DNA of 64,000 bases from Spirochaetia bacterium. GTDB lineage: Bacteria; Spirochaetota; Spirochaetia; SZUA-6; Bin103. Every line of letters starts with the position of its first letter. The stretch's first letter is position 1. The stretch is from assembly GCA_965203905.1 (NCBI GenBank), contig CBDBDQ010000005.1:2592001-2656000 (forward strand), in the 5' to 3' direction. Shown here in pieces: positions 1 to 9,800 of this stretch. Position numbers and translations under genes: made by a program. The notes below the pieces were generated by a model. It searched no databases, was not told the origin of the DNA, and saw only the letters and a program-made list of their open reading frames with translations.

Positions 1-237
1 ATCCCGACCAAGGTCGTGGGCTTCACCTGGGACAACGGTGCCGGCGAGTGGAGCGCGGTCGACGGCGTCAACGTCACCCTCGGCATTCCGGTGATCCGGG
101 TATCGGTAGACCATGGCACCGCCTTCGACGTGGCCGGCACCGGCCGCGCCTCGGAGGCCAGCATGGTGCAGGCGATCCGGTGCGCGGCGCAGATGGCCGC
201 TCACCGCGCCCGACCGGGAGGTGACGGCACAGGTTAG
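1..237 (+). CDS. pdxA: 4-hydroxythreonine-4-phosphate dehydrogenase PdxA family, 3' end (partial)
   Basis: [25 protein letters not shown] is the PdxA C-terminal motif; the frame is open from base 1. Confidence 0.9.
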   Translation: MPTKVVGFTWDNGAGEWSAVDGVNVTLGIPVIRVSVDHGTAFDVAGTGRASEASMVQAIRCAAQMAAHRARPGGDGTG

Positions 238-419
238 AGCCGGTTGGCCCGCGACTCGATTTCCGCGCACCGCGTCATGATTGCCTCGAACGGCGCCTCA
301 TCATCCAGCAGCATGCCGTCGGCGAGCATCTTGTTGTAGTCCTCGGCCAGCACTGCACGAGCCGGACCTTCAGGATCCAGTTGCAGTTCACCCGACACGG
401 CGGCCTCGCCGGCCGCCAA
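234..419 (-). pseudogene. C-terminal fragment of an AbiEii/AbiGii-like nucleotidyltransferase toxin
   Basis: LAEDYNKMLADGMLLDDEAPFEAIMTRCAEIESRAN resembles AbiEii C-termini; only about 60 aa and no N-terminal domain. Confidence 0.5.
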
Positions 420-435
420 GGAGCCGGCGCCGGTC

Positions 436-1887
436 TCAGTCTGCTTCGACCATGCGGACTTCGTTGATTTCGATGTTGAAGTAGCTGCCGAAGTCTTCGT
501 CGTAGGAGACGACTTCGAGATAGAGCCACTCGCCGGTGAAGCTCTCGATAAGAGCCGACTTGTACTGGTTGCCGTTGATGTAGCCGGCCGACGCCAGCTT
601 TCTGCCGTGGATGCCGTCGTCGTATACGTAGAAGTGAAACCGCCAGGTGCCGAGGACTTCCTCCTGGGTCGCCTTGATCAGGTACATCTTGCCGGGGAGC
701 ACCGGAACCTTGTAGTAGCTGGTACCCTCGGCCTGTACCTGGCCCCGATAGCTGGCGCCGGCGAGCGGCAACGGATCGTCTTCCTCGCCTTCGTTGTCGA
801 ACGTCTCCTCGATCACGTGCAGATCGTAGTTGGCTCCCGAGCCCTGGGTATGGCTGCCATCCACGGAGAAGAAGAAGCGGTCTCCACCTGCCGTAACCGA
901 GAGCACTTCGTCTTCGCCCCGCAGGTTGTCGGAGATGTCCTGCACGACGGCGAAGTCGGAGGCTTCATCGCCGTGCGCATACAGGTCGACGTCCATGGTC
1001 GGCGCCAACAGCTTGATGGTGTAGTGACCGCCCGGCGTTGACGCGAAGAAGTAGAAACTGCGGTCGCCACCCACTTCCGCTGCCACTTCCTCACCCACCG
1101 GGATCTCCAGGGGCTCCGGCTCGGAACCCTGGTCGCGCAGCCGATCGTGCTCGGCCACGGTCAGCGTGAACGGCGTCCCCGATGAACGGTGGCGCCCGTG
1201 CACCTCCACATACAGCACGTCGGCCGGCGCCGTCACGGTCACGAACTCGTCCTCCGTGTAGCGCTTGCTCGACCGCGCCAGTTCCTCCCGGTACCGCGGG
1301 TCGGAGAAGACGAACAGATCGGCGTCCACCTGCATCCCCGCGATCGCTATTCGATAGGTGGATCCGACCGCCAGGCCGCCGACCTGGTAGAGGCTGGAGC
1401 GGGTTCCCACCTGTCCGGCATAGGAAACCTCCCCATCGAGGCGAATCGGAGCGAGCGAGCGCACTTCGTCCAGGTACGGCTTGCTCCGGGTCAGAAGAAT
1501 CCTGAAGGCCGATTCCTTGAAGTCGTAGTTGTGCAGCACGAAGTAGGCCGCGTCAGCCTTGGGCGTGAACTGGATCCGCTCGTCGTTGTCTTCGGCGTTC
1601 GTCGACCGGGCCAGGGAATCGCGCAGAAAGGTGGCGTCGGAGCCCTTGTAAAAGAGGTCCAGGTCGGCGGAGAGGCCGGTCAGGTCGAGGCGATACTCCA
1701 CGCCCGGCTCCACGTGCGCCATGAAGTACTTGCGCTCGCGGTCGGCCGCAGTGGAGCCGGCATACTCCTGGTCCACGGCCAGCACGATGGGATCGGTCTT
1801 GTCGTAGCCGGGATTCGCTTCCTGCGCCGGCATAGCGAACGGCACGAGCGCAACGGACACGAAAGCGAGAAGAGTACGGTGATGCAT
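436..1887 (-). CDS. Secreted protein with about four PPC-like (pre-peptidase C-terminal) beta domains
   Basis: Signal peptide; repeated units DLDLFY / DADLFV / DVDLYA each followed by an S..E-D-E segment and YFxV; no catalytic domain seen. Confidence 0.7.
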   Translation of the reverse strand: MHHRTLLAFVSVALVPFAMPAQEANPGYDKTDPIVLAVDQEYAGSTAADRERKYFMAHVEPGVEYRLDLTGLSADLDLFYKGSDATFLRDSLARSTNAEDNDERIQFTPKADAAYFVLHNYDFKESAFRILLTRSKPYLDEVRSLAPIRLDGEVSYAGQVGTRSSLYQVGGLAVGSTYRIAIAGMQVDADLFVFSDPRYREELARSSKRYTEDEFVTVTAPADVLYVEVHGRHRSSGTPFTLTVAEHDRLRDQGSEPEPLEIPVGEEVAAEVGGDRSFYFFASTPGGHYTIKLLAPTMDVDLYAHGDEASDFAVVQDISDNLRGEDEVLSVTAGGDRFFFSVDGSHTQGSGANYDLHVIEETFDNEGEEDDPLPLAGASYRGQVQAEGTSYYKVPVLPGKMYLIKATQEEVLGTWRFHFYVYDDGIHGRKLASAGYINGNQYKSALIESFTGEWLYLEVVSYDEDFGSYFNIEINEVRMVEAD

Positions 1888-1983
1888 GAAGCCTCCAGTG
1901 TTTATTTGAACAGGATATACCGGAACGACCGCTGGAAGTGAACGTGACTCGCACCAGCCGAAGCCGATGTCGTCCAGCGCTCG

Positions 1984-3036
1984 CTACAGCACCGCGTTCA
2001 GGTCGAGCGCGGCGTAGAACACGTCGACCCGGTCCTCGTAGAGGAGGTGCAGGGTGTGGCCGTCCGGATCGAGTTCGGCATCGGGATACATGCCCACCCC
2101 GGGATCGAGAATCACGATCCTCGAGAAGTCCTCTCCACCGCTGTAGGAAACATGCAGGGCGAGCGGGCTGCGCTGAGCCCGGCCCGGCAGCGACTCCATC
2201 ACGGCATTGGGATTGTTGAGGGCGATCACCACGCCGTCCGGCAGCGCGCGGACGTGGCAGCGGGAGGAGGGATTGGGCATGTTGGTGGGCTGCCACTCGC
2301 TCCAGCTCACGCCGCCGTCGGACGACTTCGCGCTGTGGATCAGGCCCCAGCTATTGCGGACGAAGAAGCGCAGCGTGCCGTCTTCGTTGGCGATCACGGC
2401 GGGTTCCCAGAGCGTGACGTCCGGCGGCCCGTAGCCGCTGCGGGTCATGTGCGGCGTGCGCCCGACGAGCTGCCAGCTCGCACCCCGATCGCGGGTGAGT
2501 AGCGCACCCGCCTGGGTGAACCCCTCGTGATAGGGGTTGAGCCGCCGCGGCCCGGTGCGGATGGCGATGGGGGCGAGATAAGAGCCGTCGGGCAGCGCGA
2601 TCGTCTTGTTGTTGAGCATGAAGTCGGGGCCGTCCGGCAGCACCCGCTCCGGTGCCGACCACTGCAGCCGGTCGGCGGCGAGGTCGGGGCAGGTCATGTG
2701 GAAGTAACTCCAGTCTCCGGTGGCCTGGAACTGGTCGTGGTGGCCGTAGGTGAGATGGGTGACGCCGCGGTCGTCGCGCCACGCCATCGGGTCTCCGGCG
2801 CGCAGGTCGCCGGGCGGATCGGAGACCACGGCGGGCGATTCCCAGGTGGCACCGCCGTCGAACGAGCGGCTGAGCACCACGTGGTTGTCCGGATGCGGCT
2901 CCTTGTACCCGCCGGTATACCAGGAGGCCAGGATGGTCGAACCGTCGGCGGTGATGGTGCCGCAGCCGTTCCAGGGCCGGTCGTGGTCGTGACGGAAGAT
3001 GGTGCGGCGATCCAGCAGGTGCGCTGCGCTACTCAT
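1984..3036 (-). CDS. BNR/Asp-box repeat sialidase-family protein
   Basis: Asp-boxes SFDGGATW, TRDRGASW, SSDGGVSW, SYSGGEDF; WEP and MYP motifs. Confidence 0.85.
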   Translation of the reverse strand: MSSAAHLLDRRTIFRHDHDRPWNGCGTITADGSTILASWYTGGYKEPHPDNHVVLSRSFDGGATWESPAVVSDPPGDLRAGDPMAWRDDRGVTHLTYGHHDQFQATGDWSYFHMTCPDLAADRLQWSAPERVLPDGPDFMLNNKTIALPDGSYLAPIAIRTGPRRLNPYHEGFTQAGALLTRDRGASWQLVGRTPHMTRSGYGPPDVTLWEPAVIANEDGTLRFFVRNSWGLIHSAKSSDGGVSWSEWQPTNMPNPSSRCHVRALPDGVVIALNNPNAVMESLPGRAQRSPLALHVSYSGGEDFSRIVILDPGVGMYPDAELDPDGHTLHLLYEDRVDVFYAALDLNAVL

Positions 3037-3077
3037 GATCGCAGCCTATCACACTGAAAATACTGAGCGTGCAGGGG

Positions 3078-3112
3078 TTGACATCATTTCGATGTTTCGC
3101 GAAATATATAAA
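3078..3112 (+). promoter_or_regulatory. arsR promoter/operator
   Basis: TTGACA at 3078-3083; inverted repeat ATTTCG-N8-CGAAAT near 3086-3105; AT-rich tract before the ATG. Confidence 0.6.
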
Positions 3113-3113
3113 C

Positions 3114-3458
3114 ATGACGATGCACCCAGGCAGTACGCTGGCCGTGGAGGACGCCGCCTCCACCTTTGCGGCGCTCGGGTCGGAGCAGCGGCTCGCGGTG
3201 CTGAAGACCTTGGTGCGCGCGGGGCCGGAGGGCCTCCCGATCGGCACGCTGGGGGAACGCACCGGGGTCACCGGATCGACTCTGACTCATCACGTGCGCG
3301 TCCTGACGCAGGCCGGTCTGCTGCACCGGGTCAAGCGCGGGCGCTCGGTCATCTGCGCCGCCGTCGCCTATCCGCGGGTGCAGGCACTGTCCGCCTATCT
3401 GCTGTCGGAGTGCTGCACCGACAGCGCCCACCCGCACGCCGGAGTTCCCCATGAGTAG
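3114..3458 (+). CDS. arsR: ArsR/SmtB family regulator with C-terminal CC motif
   Basis: FAALGSEQRLAVLKTL, STLTHHVRVL, C-terminal SECC. Confidence 0.85.
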   Translation: MTMHPGSTLAVEDAASTFAALGSEQRLAVLKTLVRAGPEGLPIGTLGERTGVTGSTLTHHVRVLTQAGLLHRVKRGRSVICAAVAYPRVQALSAYLLSECCTDSAHPHAGVPHE

Positions 3459-4539
3459 TACGCGAGGCCACTCCGCGGGTGCACTTGGTTCGTCTGCTGG
3501 ACATGGTTTCCCGAACCTGCGCCGGCTGTGGCGGCGGACCGACAAGGCGTGGCTGGTGATCGGGCTGATCCCGCTGCTGCTGGCACTGCTGGATCCCGCG
3601 CAGGTGCTGCCCACCCTGCGTTTTGCCGGCGGCGCGATCCTGCACACCGGCGCGTTCATCGCCGGCGCGGTGCTGGCGGTGGCCTGGTTGCGGGCGACCG
3701 GCGCCGAGGCGCTGCTGAGCCGGGTGTTCACGGGACGCGAGTCGCGCATGATCCTGCTGGGCGCGCTGGTGGGCGGGCTGGCGCCGTTCTGTTCCTGCGA
3801 GGTGATCCCGTTCATCTCCGCGCTGCTGGCGGTCGGGGCGCCGCTGTCGGCGGTGATGGCGTTCTGGCTCGCCTCGCCGCTGATGGATCCGGCGATGTTC
3901 CTGATCACCGCGGGCACGCTGGGCACCGGGTTCGCGGTGGCGAAGACGGTGGCGGCGGTAGGGCTCGGCCTGGGCGGCGGCATGCTGGTGAAGGCGTTTG
4001 CCGGCAGCAGCATGTTTGCCGATCCGCTCAAGGCGCAGCCGGCGGCCGGCACCGGTGCGTCGGGTTGCGGGACGGGATGCGGTCCCGAGCCGTCCGCCGG
4101 CCGTCCGCAGTGGGCGTTCTGGCGTTCGCGCGAGCGCCTGCTGATGTTTCGCGACACCGCGGCGTGGAACGCGCTGTTTCTGCTGAAGTGGCTGCTGCTG
4201 GCCTACCTGGTGGAGGCGCTGATGCTGGAGTACGTGCCGGCGGAGGTGATCGCCACGGTGCTCGGCGGCGAGGGGCTGTGGCCAATCCTCCTGGGTGCGA
4301 TCGTCGGGGCACCGGCTTACCTCAACGGCTACGCCACGGTGCCGCTGGTCGACGCGCTGCTGGCGCAGGGGATGGCGAACGGGGCGGCGATGTCGTTCGT
4401 CATCGCCGGCGCCGTGAGCTGCATCCCGGCCGCGATCGCCGTCTGGGCACTGGTCAAGCGGCGTGTGTTTGCCGCTTACCTGGGTATCGGGTTCGTCGGC
4501 TCTATCCTCGCGGGTCTCGCCTGGAGCGTGATCGCCTGA
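3451..4539 (+). CDS. arsP: ArsP (DUF318) family permease
   Basis: PFCSCEVIP motif; many TM helices; overlaps the arsR stop. Confidence 0.8.
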   Translation: MSSTRGHSAGALGSSAGHGFPNLRRLWRRTDKAWLVIGLIPLLLALLDPAQVLPTLRFAGGAILHTGAFIAGAVLAVAWLRATGAEALLSRVFTGRESRMILLGALVGGLAPFCSCEVIPFISALLAVGAPLSAVMAFWLASPLMDPAMFLITAGTLGTGFAVAKTVAAVGLGLGGGMLVKAFAGSSMFADPLKAQPAAGTGASGCGTGCGPEPSAGRPQWAFWRSRERLLMFRDTAAWNALFLLKWLLLAYLVEALMLEYVPAEVIATVLGGEGLWPILLGAIVGAPAYLNGYATVPLVDALLAQGMANGAAMSFVIAGAVSCIPAAIAVWALVKRRVFAAYLGIGFVGSILAGLAWSVIA

Positions 4540-4561
4540 CGCTACGCCGGCCGCCGCTGCC

Positions 4562-5602
4562 TCAGACCACCGCCGGCTCGATGATGGAGAGTTCGCGGCG
4601 CCCGGAGTCGATGCGCAGGCGCACGCCCAGCGGCAGCACCAGCATCGGGTCGGTGTGGCCGAAGTCCAGGTTGCTGACGATCGGCAGCTCGCGCAGTCCG
4701 TACTCCTCACGCGCCGTGCGGCACAGCGTGTCCGCGTAGGCGGGGAACAACGCCGGATCGATCTGTCCGCCGGGACGTCCGAGGAGGATTCCCGCCAGCG
4801 GCTCCAGACAGCCCATCGCTGCCAGCGAGCGAACGAACTGCCTCAGCATCTCCGGGGGATGTGCCTCTTCCGAGGTCTCCAGAAACAGAACTGCGCCGTC
4901 CAATGAGTCCGCGAGCGGGAACACCGGCGTTCCGCGGAGCCAGTCCAGCACCTCGACACAGCCCCCGAACAACCTGCCCTCGATCACGCCTTCCTGCTGA
5001 TGGAAGACCCAGCCGGTACACGCATTGCGCTTGCGTCGCACGGACTGGTTGGCGGGATCCGCCCAGTCCGCAAATTCGACCGTCCATCCGTCCTCATTCG
5101 GCAGTAGCGGACCACTTGGGCCGGCGTCGAACAGCGTCCTGCGCACCGAGTCCACCAGGTAGGGGAACATGCCCCCGTTCTCGGCGAACCCCGCCATGAA
5201 GGAGGGACCGTAGAAGGACACCAGGCCGGCCTTGCGGCACACGCAGTGCGTGACCGTGGTGTCCGAGTACCCCAGGAACACCTTGGGGTTGGCCCGTATC
5301 ACGTTCAGGTCGAGGTACGGCAGCAGGCGGATCGAGTCGCTGCCGCCGATGGTGGAGATGATGCCGTCGATGCCCGGGTCGGCGAAGGCCGCCATCAGGT
5401 CGTCCGCCCGCGCCCGCGGGTTGCGCGCCAGCCACTCCGGCTCGCGCAGGGCGTGCGCGGTCTCGGTCACCACCACGCCGAACTCCTCCTCGAGCTGCCG
5501 CTTGCCGGCGGCGTAGCGATGCGGAAACGCGCCCGGCCCGCCCCAGGACAGCGAGACCGCCGCCATGTGGCTGCCGCGCCGCAGTCGTCTCGGTTTCATC
5601 AT
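4562..5602 (-). CDS. S66 LD-carboxypeptidase / MccF-like peptidase
   Basis: GYSD nucleophile, FLETSE, FGHTDP motifs. Confidence 0.9.
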   Translation of the reverse strand: MMKPRRLRRGSHMAAVSLSWGGPGAFPHRYAAGKRQLEEEFGVVVTETAHALREPEWLARNPRARADDLMAAFADPGIDGIISTIGGSDSIRLLPYLDLNVIRANPKVFLGYSDTTVTHCVCRKAGLVSFYGPSFMAGFAENGGMFPYLVDSVRRTLFDAGPSGPLLPNEDGWTVEFADWADPANQSVRRKRNACTGWVFHQQEGVIEGRLFGGCVEVLDWLRGTPVFPLADSLDGAVLFLETSEEAHPPEMLRQFVRSLAAMGCLEPLAGILLGRPGGQIDPALFPAYADTLCRTAREEYGLRELPIVSNLDFGHTDPMLVLPLGVRLRIDSGRRELSIIEPAVV

Positions 5603-5792
5603 CCGGCGCCTCGCCGGGGCCTCTCCTTCACGATGGCGGCACCTCCACCGTCAAGCTACGGCAACAGATTGGATGCGAGCAACTGTTCCCCATGTTTCCT
5701 CAGCACCGTTGCGCCCGGCTCCTGGTCCGCAGGGCAGTCTTGCCCGGCGGTCGGGCTGGTTCCCCGGAGTCAATTGCGCCTATGCTGGCGGC

Positions 5793-6788
5793 ATGAGTCC
5801 GGCTGACGATCCGGTCGAGAGTTACCTGCGGACGTTCGAGCGGCTGCGGGCGCGCAAGCGGTGGTCGGCGAACTCGGTAACGTTCCGGTTCGTCGCGCTG
5901 AGTCTGGGCGCGGCCGCGTCCAGCATCGGCTACGATCGCCTGGAGGAGGTGGCAACCGAGTTGCGCAAGCGGGCACGCTGGGCGAGCCCGTTGAAGTCCG
6001 AGGTCCGCTACGTGGCAGCGGCGATGATTCTGCGCCGGGACCAGGATCCGGCTGCGATCCACGCCCGCGTGTTCGAGACCCGCGACGCCTTCCGGGCGCA
6101 CCGAGTGCCGAGCCGCGGCACCGGCCCCACCCTGGCGGCGCTGCTGCTCGCGTTGCACCACGAGGCGCGTCCGGTTCCGCAATCGCAGTTCGAACGGTTG
6201 GCGAAGATCTATCGCCGCTGGCGTCGTGAGCATCGCTGGCTGACCAGCTCCAGCGACCTGCCGGCTGCGGCGCTGCATGCCGCCCGCGAAGTGCCGGTGG
6301 ACGCGGTCGCCGCGGAGGTGGAGCGCGCCTACACGTGGTTGCAGGACGCGGGCTTCCGGCGTGGCAACCAGCTGCAGCTCGTTTCGCACCTGCTGGCGGT
6401 CGATCCACGCGGCACCGATGCCGCCGTACGGCGGTTCCACGCCGTCGCCGAACGGCTTCGGCATGCCGACGAACGGGTCGGAGCGAGCCGCTACGACGAG
6501 ATCGCCCTGCTGGCGCTCACGCAGGGTGCGCCGGCCGAGGTGGTCGACCGCGTACTGGACCACCGCGACCGCCTGCGCGCCGTCAAGCCGCGTCCCGACA
6601 GGACGGTGGCGTTCACGCTGGCGGCGGGCATCGAGATGGCGGCCGATGCGGAGATCGCGGGAGAGCGCAACGCCGGCGACCTGGCTGCGCTGCAGTCGAT
6701 CCAGGCGATTCTCGATGCCCAGCAGGCGGCGATGATAGCCGCCGTCTCGGCGGGCGCCGCCGCCGGTGCAGCAGCGGCATCAAGCTGA
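5793..6788 (+). CDS. DUF4003-like helical protein
   Basis: LTSSSD, GFRRGNQLQLVSHLL and an Ala/Ser-rich C-terminal tail; ATG at 5793. Confidence 0.6.
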   Translation: MSPADDPVESYLRTFERLRARKRWSANSVTFRFVALSLGAAASSIGYDRLEEVATELRKRARWASPLKSEVRYVAAAMILRRDQDPAAIHARVFETRDAFRAHRVPSRGTGPTLAALLLALHHEARPVPQSQFERLAKIYRRWRREHRWLTSSSDLPAAALHAAREVPVDAVAAEVERAYTWLQDAGFRRGNQLQLVSHLLAVDPRGTDAAVRRFHAVAERLRHADERVGASRYDEIALLALTQGAPAEVVDRVLDHRDRLRAVKPRPDRTVAFTLAAGIEMAADAEIAGERNAGDLAALQSIQAILDAQQAAMIAAVSAGAAAGAAAASS

Positions 6789-6862
6789 CCGTCCAGCAGC
6801 CGTGGCATCGTGCTTTGTCGGCGCGCTTCGTGAGCCATGACGTAGCGCGATAAGTCATCGCC

Positions 6863-8101
6863 TCATCGGCTGGCGGAGGCGCGCTCCAGCACGGCCTGCA
6901 GCAGCACGTTGGCGCCGGCGGCGCAGTCCTCGCGGGTGGCGTTCTCCTGCTCGCTGTGGCTGATGCCGTCCGCGCACGGAATGAAGATCATGGCGGTCGG
7001 TACCCGCGCCGCGAGGTGGCAGGCGTCGTGGCCGGCGCCGGACACCATCTCCCGCCACGCCAGCCCCTGGGCCGTCGCGGCGCCGCGCACCGCGGCGATG
7101 CAACCGGGATCGAAGCGCAGCGGCGGCTGGTGCGCGATCTCCGTCAGGTCCAGCTCCAGGTTGGCGGCGGCGCAGATCGCCGCCGCCTCCGCTTCCAGGG
7201 CGTCCTTCATTGCCGCCAGCCGCTCCGCGTCCCGGTGGCGCAGATCCACGCTGAACGCGACCCTCCCCGGAATCGTGTTGCGCGAGTTGGGATGCACGGC
7301 AAGCGAGCCGACCGTCGCACTCGCCCCGGGCAGGTGTGCATGGCCGATGCGGTTCACCGCCGTCACGATGTGCGCCGTGCCGAGCAGCGCATCGCGCCGC
7401 TCAGGCATCGGCGTCGGGCCGGTGTGGGCCTCGCGTCCCGTCACGACCAGGTCGAACCAACGCAGCCCATGGGCGCCGGTCACGACGCCGATCGCCGTTC
7501 GTTCCCGTTCCAGGACCGGTCCCTGCTCGATGTGCAACTCGAACCAGGCGGCGAGCTCCGATACCGCCACCCGGTCGCGGCCGCGGTAGCCGATCCGCTC
7601 CAGCTCCGCCCCGAAGGTGCGCCCCGCGGAGTCGGCGGTGGCCGCCATGCGCGCCGCGTCGAGGCGGCCGGTAAACACGCCCGATCCCATCATCGAGGGA
7701 GCGAAGCGGCAGCCCTCCTCGTTGGTCCACGAGACCACCTCCAGGGGCAGCTCGGTGACCACGCCGTGGTCGCCCAGCGTCCGCACCACCTCGAGCGCGG
7801 CCAGCACGCCCAGCGCGCCGTCGAACCTTCCGGCCGCAGGCTGCGTGTCCAGGTGGCTGCCAAGTGCCACCGCCGGCACCGCGCCGCGCCGCCCTGCCCG
7901 TCGCGCGAAGATGTTGCCGACCGAATCGACTCTGACGCTGCAGCCGGCCGCGCGGCACCAGGCAATGAACAGGTCACGCGCCGCGCGATCGCCGTCGGTC
8001 AGCGTCTGCCGGTTCACGCCGCCAGCCGGTGTGGCGCCGATCTCCCCCATCCGCGACAGGCTGTCCCACAGCCGGTCTCCGTCGATCCTCAGCTCCCGCA
8101 C
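6863..8101 (-). CDS. M20 Zn-dependent amidohydrolase (beta-ureidopropionase/allantoate amidohydrolase family)
   Basis: GSHLDTQP, NEEG, ELHIEQG, GAGHDA, GISH. Confidence 0.9.
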   Translation of the reverse strand: MRELRIDGDRLWDSLSRMGEIGATPAGGVNRQTLTDGDRAARDLFIAWCRAAGCSVRVDSVGNIFARRAGRRGAVPAVALGSHLDTQPAAGRFDGALGVLAALEVVRTLGDHGVVTELPLEVVSWTNEEGCRFAPSMMGSGVFTGRLDAARMAATADSAGRTFGAELERIGYRGRDRVAVSELAAWFELHIEQGPVLERERTAIGVVTGAHGLRWFDLVVTGREAHTGPTPMPERRDALLGTAHIVTAVNRIGHAHLPGASATVGSLAVHPNSRNTIPGRVAFSVDLRHRDAERLAAMKDALEAEAAAICAAANLELDLTEIAHQPPLRFDPGCIAAVRGAATAQGLAWREMVSGAGHDACHLAARVPTAMIFIPCADGISHSEQENATREDCAAGANVLLQAVLERASASR

Positions 8102-8171
8102 GGTCGCCAGTGTGCCACGTCGGCGCGCCGCCAGCTACCGGGCGTTGGGACCGCTGGGGAGTCGTGCCCGC

Positions 8172-9566
8172 CTATCCGCAAAAACCCACGCCGTCGCGGG
8201 TCAGGTCTGCGACCGTGGCGCGTATCGATGCATCGAGAATGGTGACGATCCGTTCGATCTGATCCCGGGTCAGGATCAGCGCCGGGGACAGGACCGAGAG
8301 GTTGCCGATCGGGCGCACGATCAATCCCCGCTCCTGCGCCGCACGCGCGATCCGGCGGCCGATGTCAACCTGCGCCGGAAACGGCGCCTTGCCGTGGCGG
8401 TCCTGCACCAGCTCCAGGCACAGCATGAAGTGGCTGCCGCGAACGTCGCCGACGATCGGGTGCTCCCGCAGTGTCTCCAGCCGTTCGAGAAACAGCGGAC
8501 CGAGGTCACGCACCCGTTCGCAGATCCGCTCCCGCTCCAGCAGCGCTATGTTGGCCAGCCCTACCGCGCAGGCGGCGGCGTGGCCGGAGTAGGTGAAACC
8601 ATGGGCGAGCAGGGCGCCGTCGGACCGCGTCCTCGCCAGCCCGTCGTACAGCCGGTCGGAGATGATCGTCGCCCCGAGCGGCAGATACCCCGAGGTGATT
8701 CCCTTGGCCGCGACGATCATGTCGGGCACCACGCCAAAGCACGCCGCGCTCGCGAACATCTGTCCGAGCCGGCCGAATCCGGTCACCACTTCGTCGGACA
8801 CGTAGAGAATGTCGTGAGTTTCGCACACCTCCTTCATGCGCCGGTGGTAGCCGCGCGGCGCGACCAGCACGCCGCCGGCGCCCATGATCGGCTCGGCGAA
8901 GAAGCAGGCCACCGTGTCCGCTCCCAACCGGGCGACGGTGCGCTCGAACTCGTCCACCAGGTAGTCGCAGTAGGCGGCCTCGTCGGCGACCCCCTCCGGC
9001 ATGCGGTAGCAGTTGGCCTCCGAGAGGTAGTGCACCAACCCGTCGGCAAACCGGAAACCGCGCTTGTCGGCCATCTTGCCGGACAAGGTCGCCGCCAGAA
9101 AGGTGCTGCCGTGGTAGGCGTTGCGGCGCGAGATGAGGTAGCGCTTGGACGGCTTGCCGATGCGGTCGAAATAGAAGTGGGCGATGCGGGCGGCGGTGTC
9201 GTTGGCGGTCGAGCCGCCGGTGCTGTAGAACACGTGGTTGAGGTCTCCCGGCGCCAGATCCGCCAGCTTCGACGCCAGCTCGGTTGCCGGCGGATTGGCC
9301 AGATTGGTGAAATACGAGTACTGCGGGAGGCGCGCGAGCTGCTCGGCGGCGGCGTCCACCAGTTCCCGGCGGCCGAAGCCGACGTTGGCGAACCACAGCC
9401 CTCCGATCCCGTCCAGGAAGCGCCGGCCGGCCGCATCCCACACGTAGGCGCCCTCACCGCGCACCATGGTGGTGGAGCCGGTACGGGTCCATTCGGCAAA
9501 GTCGGTCCAGGGGTGGATGCAGTGATCGAGGTCCGCCTGGTGCAGCCGCACGGCGTCAGTTTGCAT
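8172..9566 (-). CDS. Class III PLP aminotransferase (omega-amine/polyamine)
   Basis: AYHG, AEPIMG, DEVVTGFGR, AKGITSGY, HGFTYSGH. Confidence 0.92.
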   Translation of the reverse strand: MQTDAVRLHQADLDHCIHPWTDFAEWTRTGSTTMVRGEGAYVWDAAGRRFLDGIGGLWFANVGFGRRELVDAAAEQLARLPQYSYFTNLANPPATELASKLADLAPGDLNHVFYSTGGSTANDTAARIAHFYFDRIGKPSKRYLISRRNAYHGSTFLAATLSGKMADKRGFRFADGLVHYLSEANCYRMPEGVADEAAYCDYLVDEFERTVARLGADTVACFFAEPIMGAGGVLVAPRGYHRRMKEVCETHDILYVSDEVVTGFGRLGQMFASAACFGVVPDMIVAAKGITSGYLPLGATIISDRLYDGLARTRSDGALLAHGFTYSGHAAACAVGLANIALLERERICERVRDLGPLFLERLETLREHPIVGDVRGSHFMLCLELVQDRHGKAPFPAQVDIGRRIARAAQERGLIVRPIGNLSVLSPALILTRDQIERIVTILDASIRATVADLTRDGVGFCG

Positions 9567-9624
9567 GATGTTGCGTCATGAGCACCCTCGGCGTTCAGCG
9601 TGCCGTAGCGCGGTGGTGCCGTAT

Positions 9625-9701
9625 ATGTCCCCTTGGGGATAATTTCTTGCCGCTCACCCCTCTCGCAAAACGGGCAGACAAAAATGTCCCCAAAGGGACA
9701 T
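9625..9701. promoter_or_regulatory. Two palindromic operator boxes in the divergent aminotransferase/potF promoter region
   Basis: ATGTCCCCTTGGGGATAA (9625-9642) and ATGTCCCCAAAGGGACAT (9684-9701). Confidence 0.7.
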
Positions 9702-9800
9702 TAACGGGCGCTTTCCGCGTCTGGTAGGTTGCCTTGACTGCTGTTGATTGTCGAACCGCATCACCAATCCGTGATGTCGTGTTCGGGGGAGGACACTACC

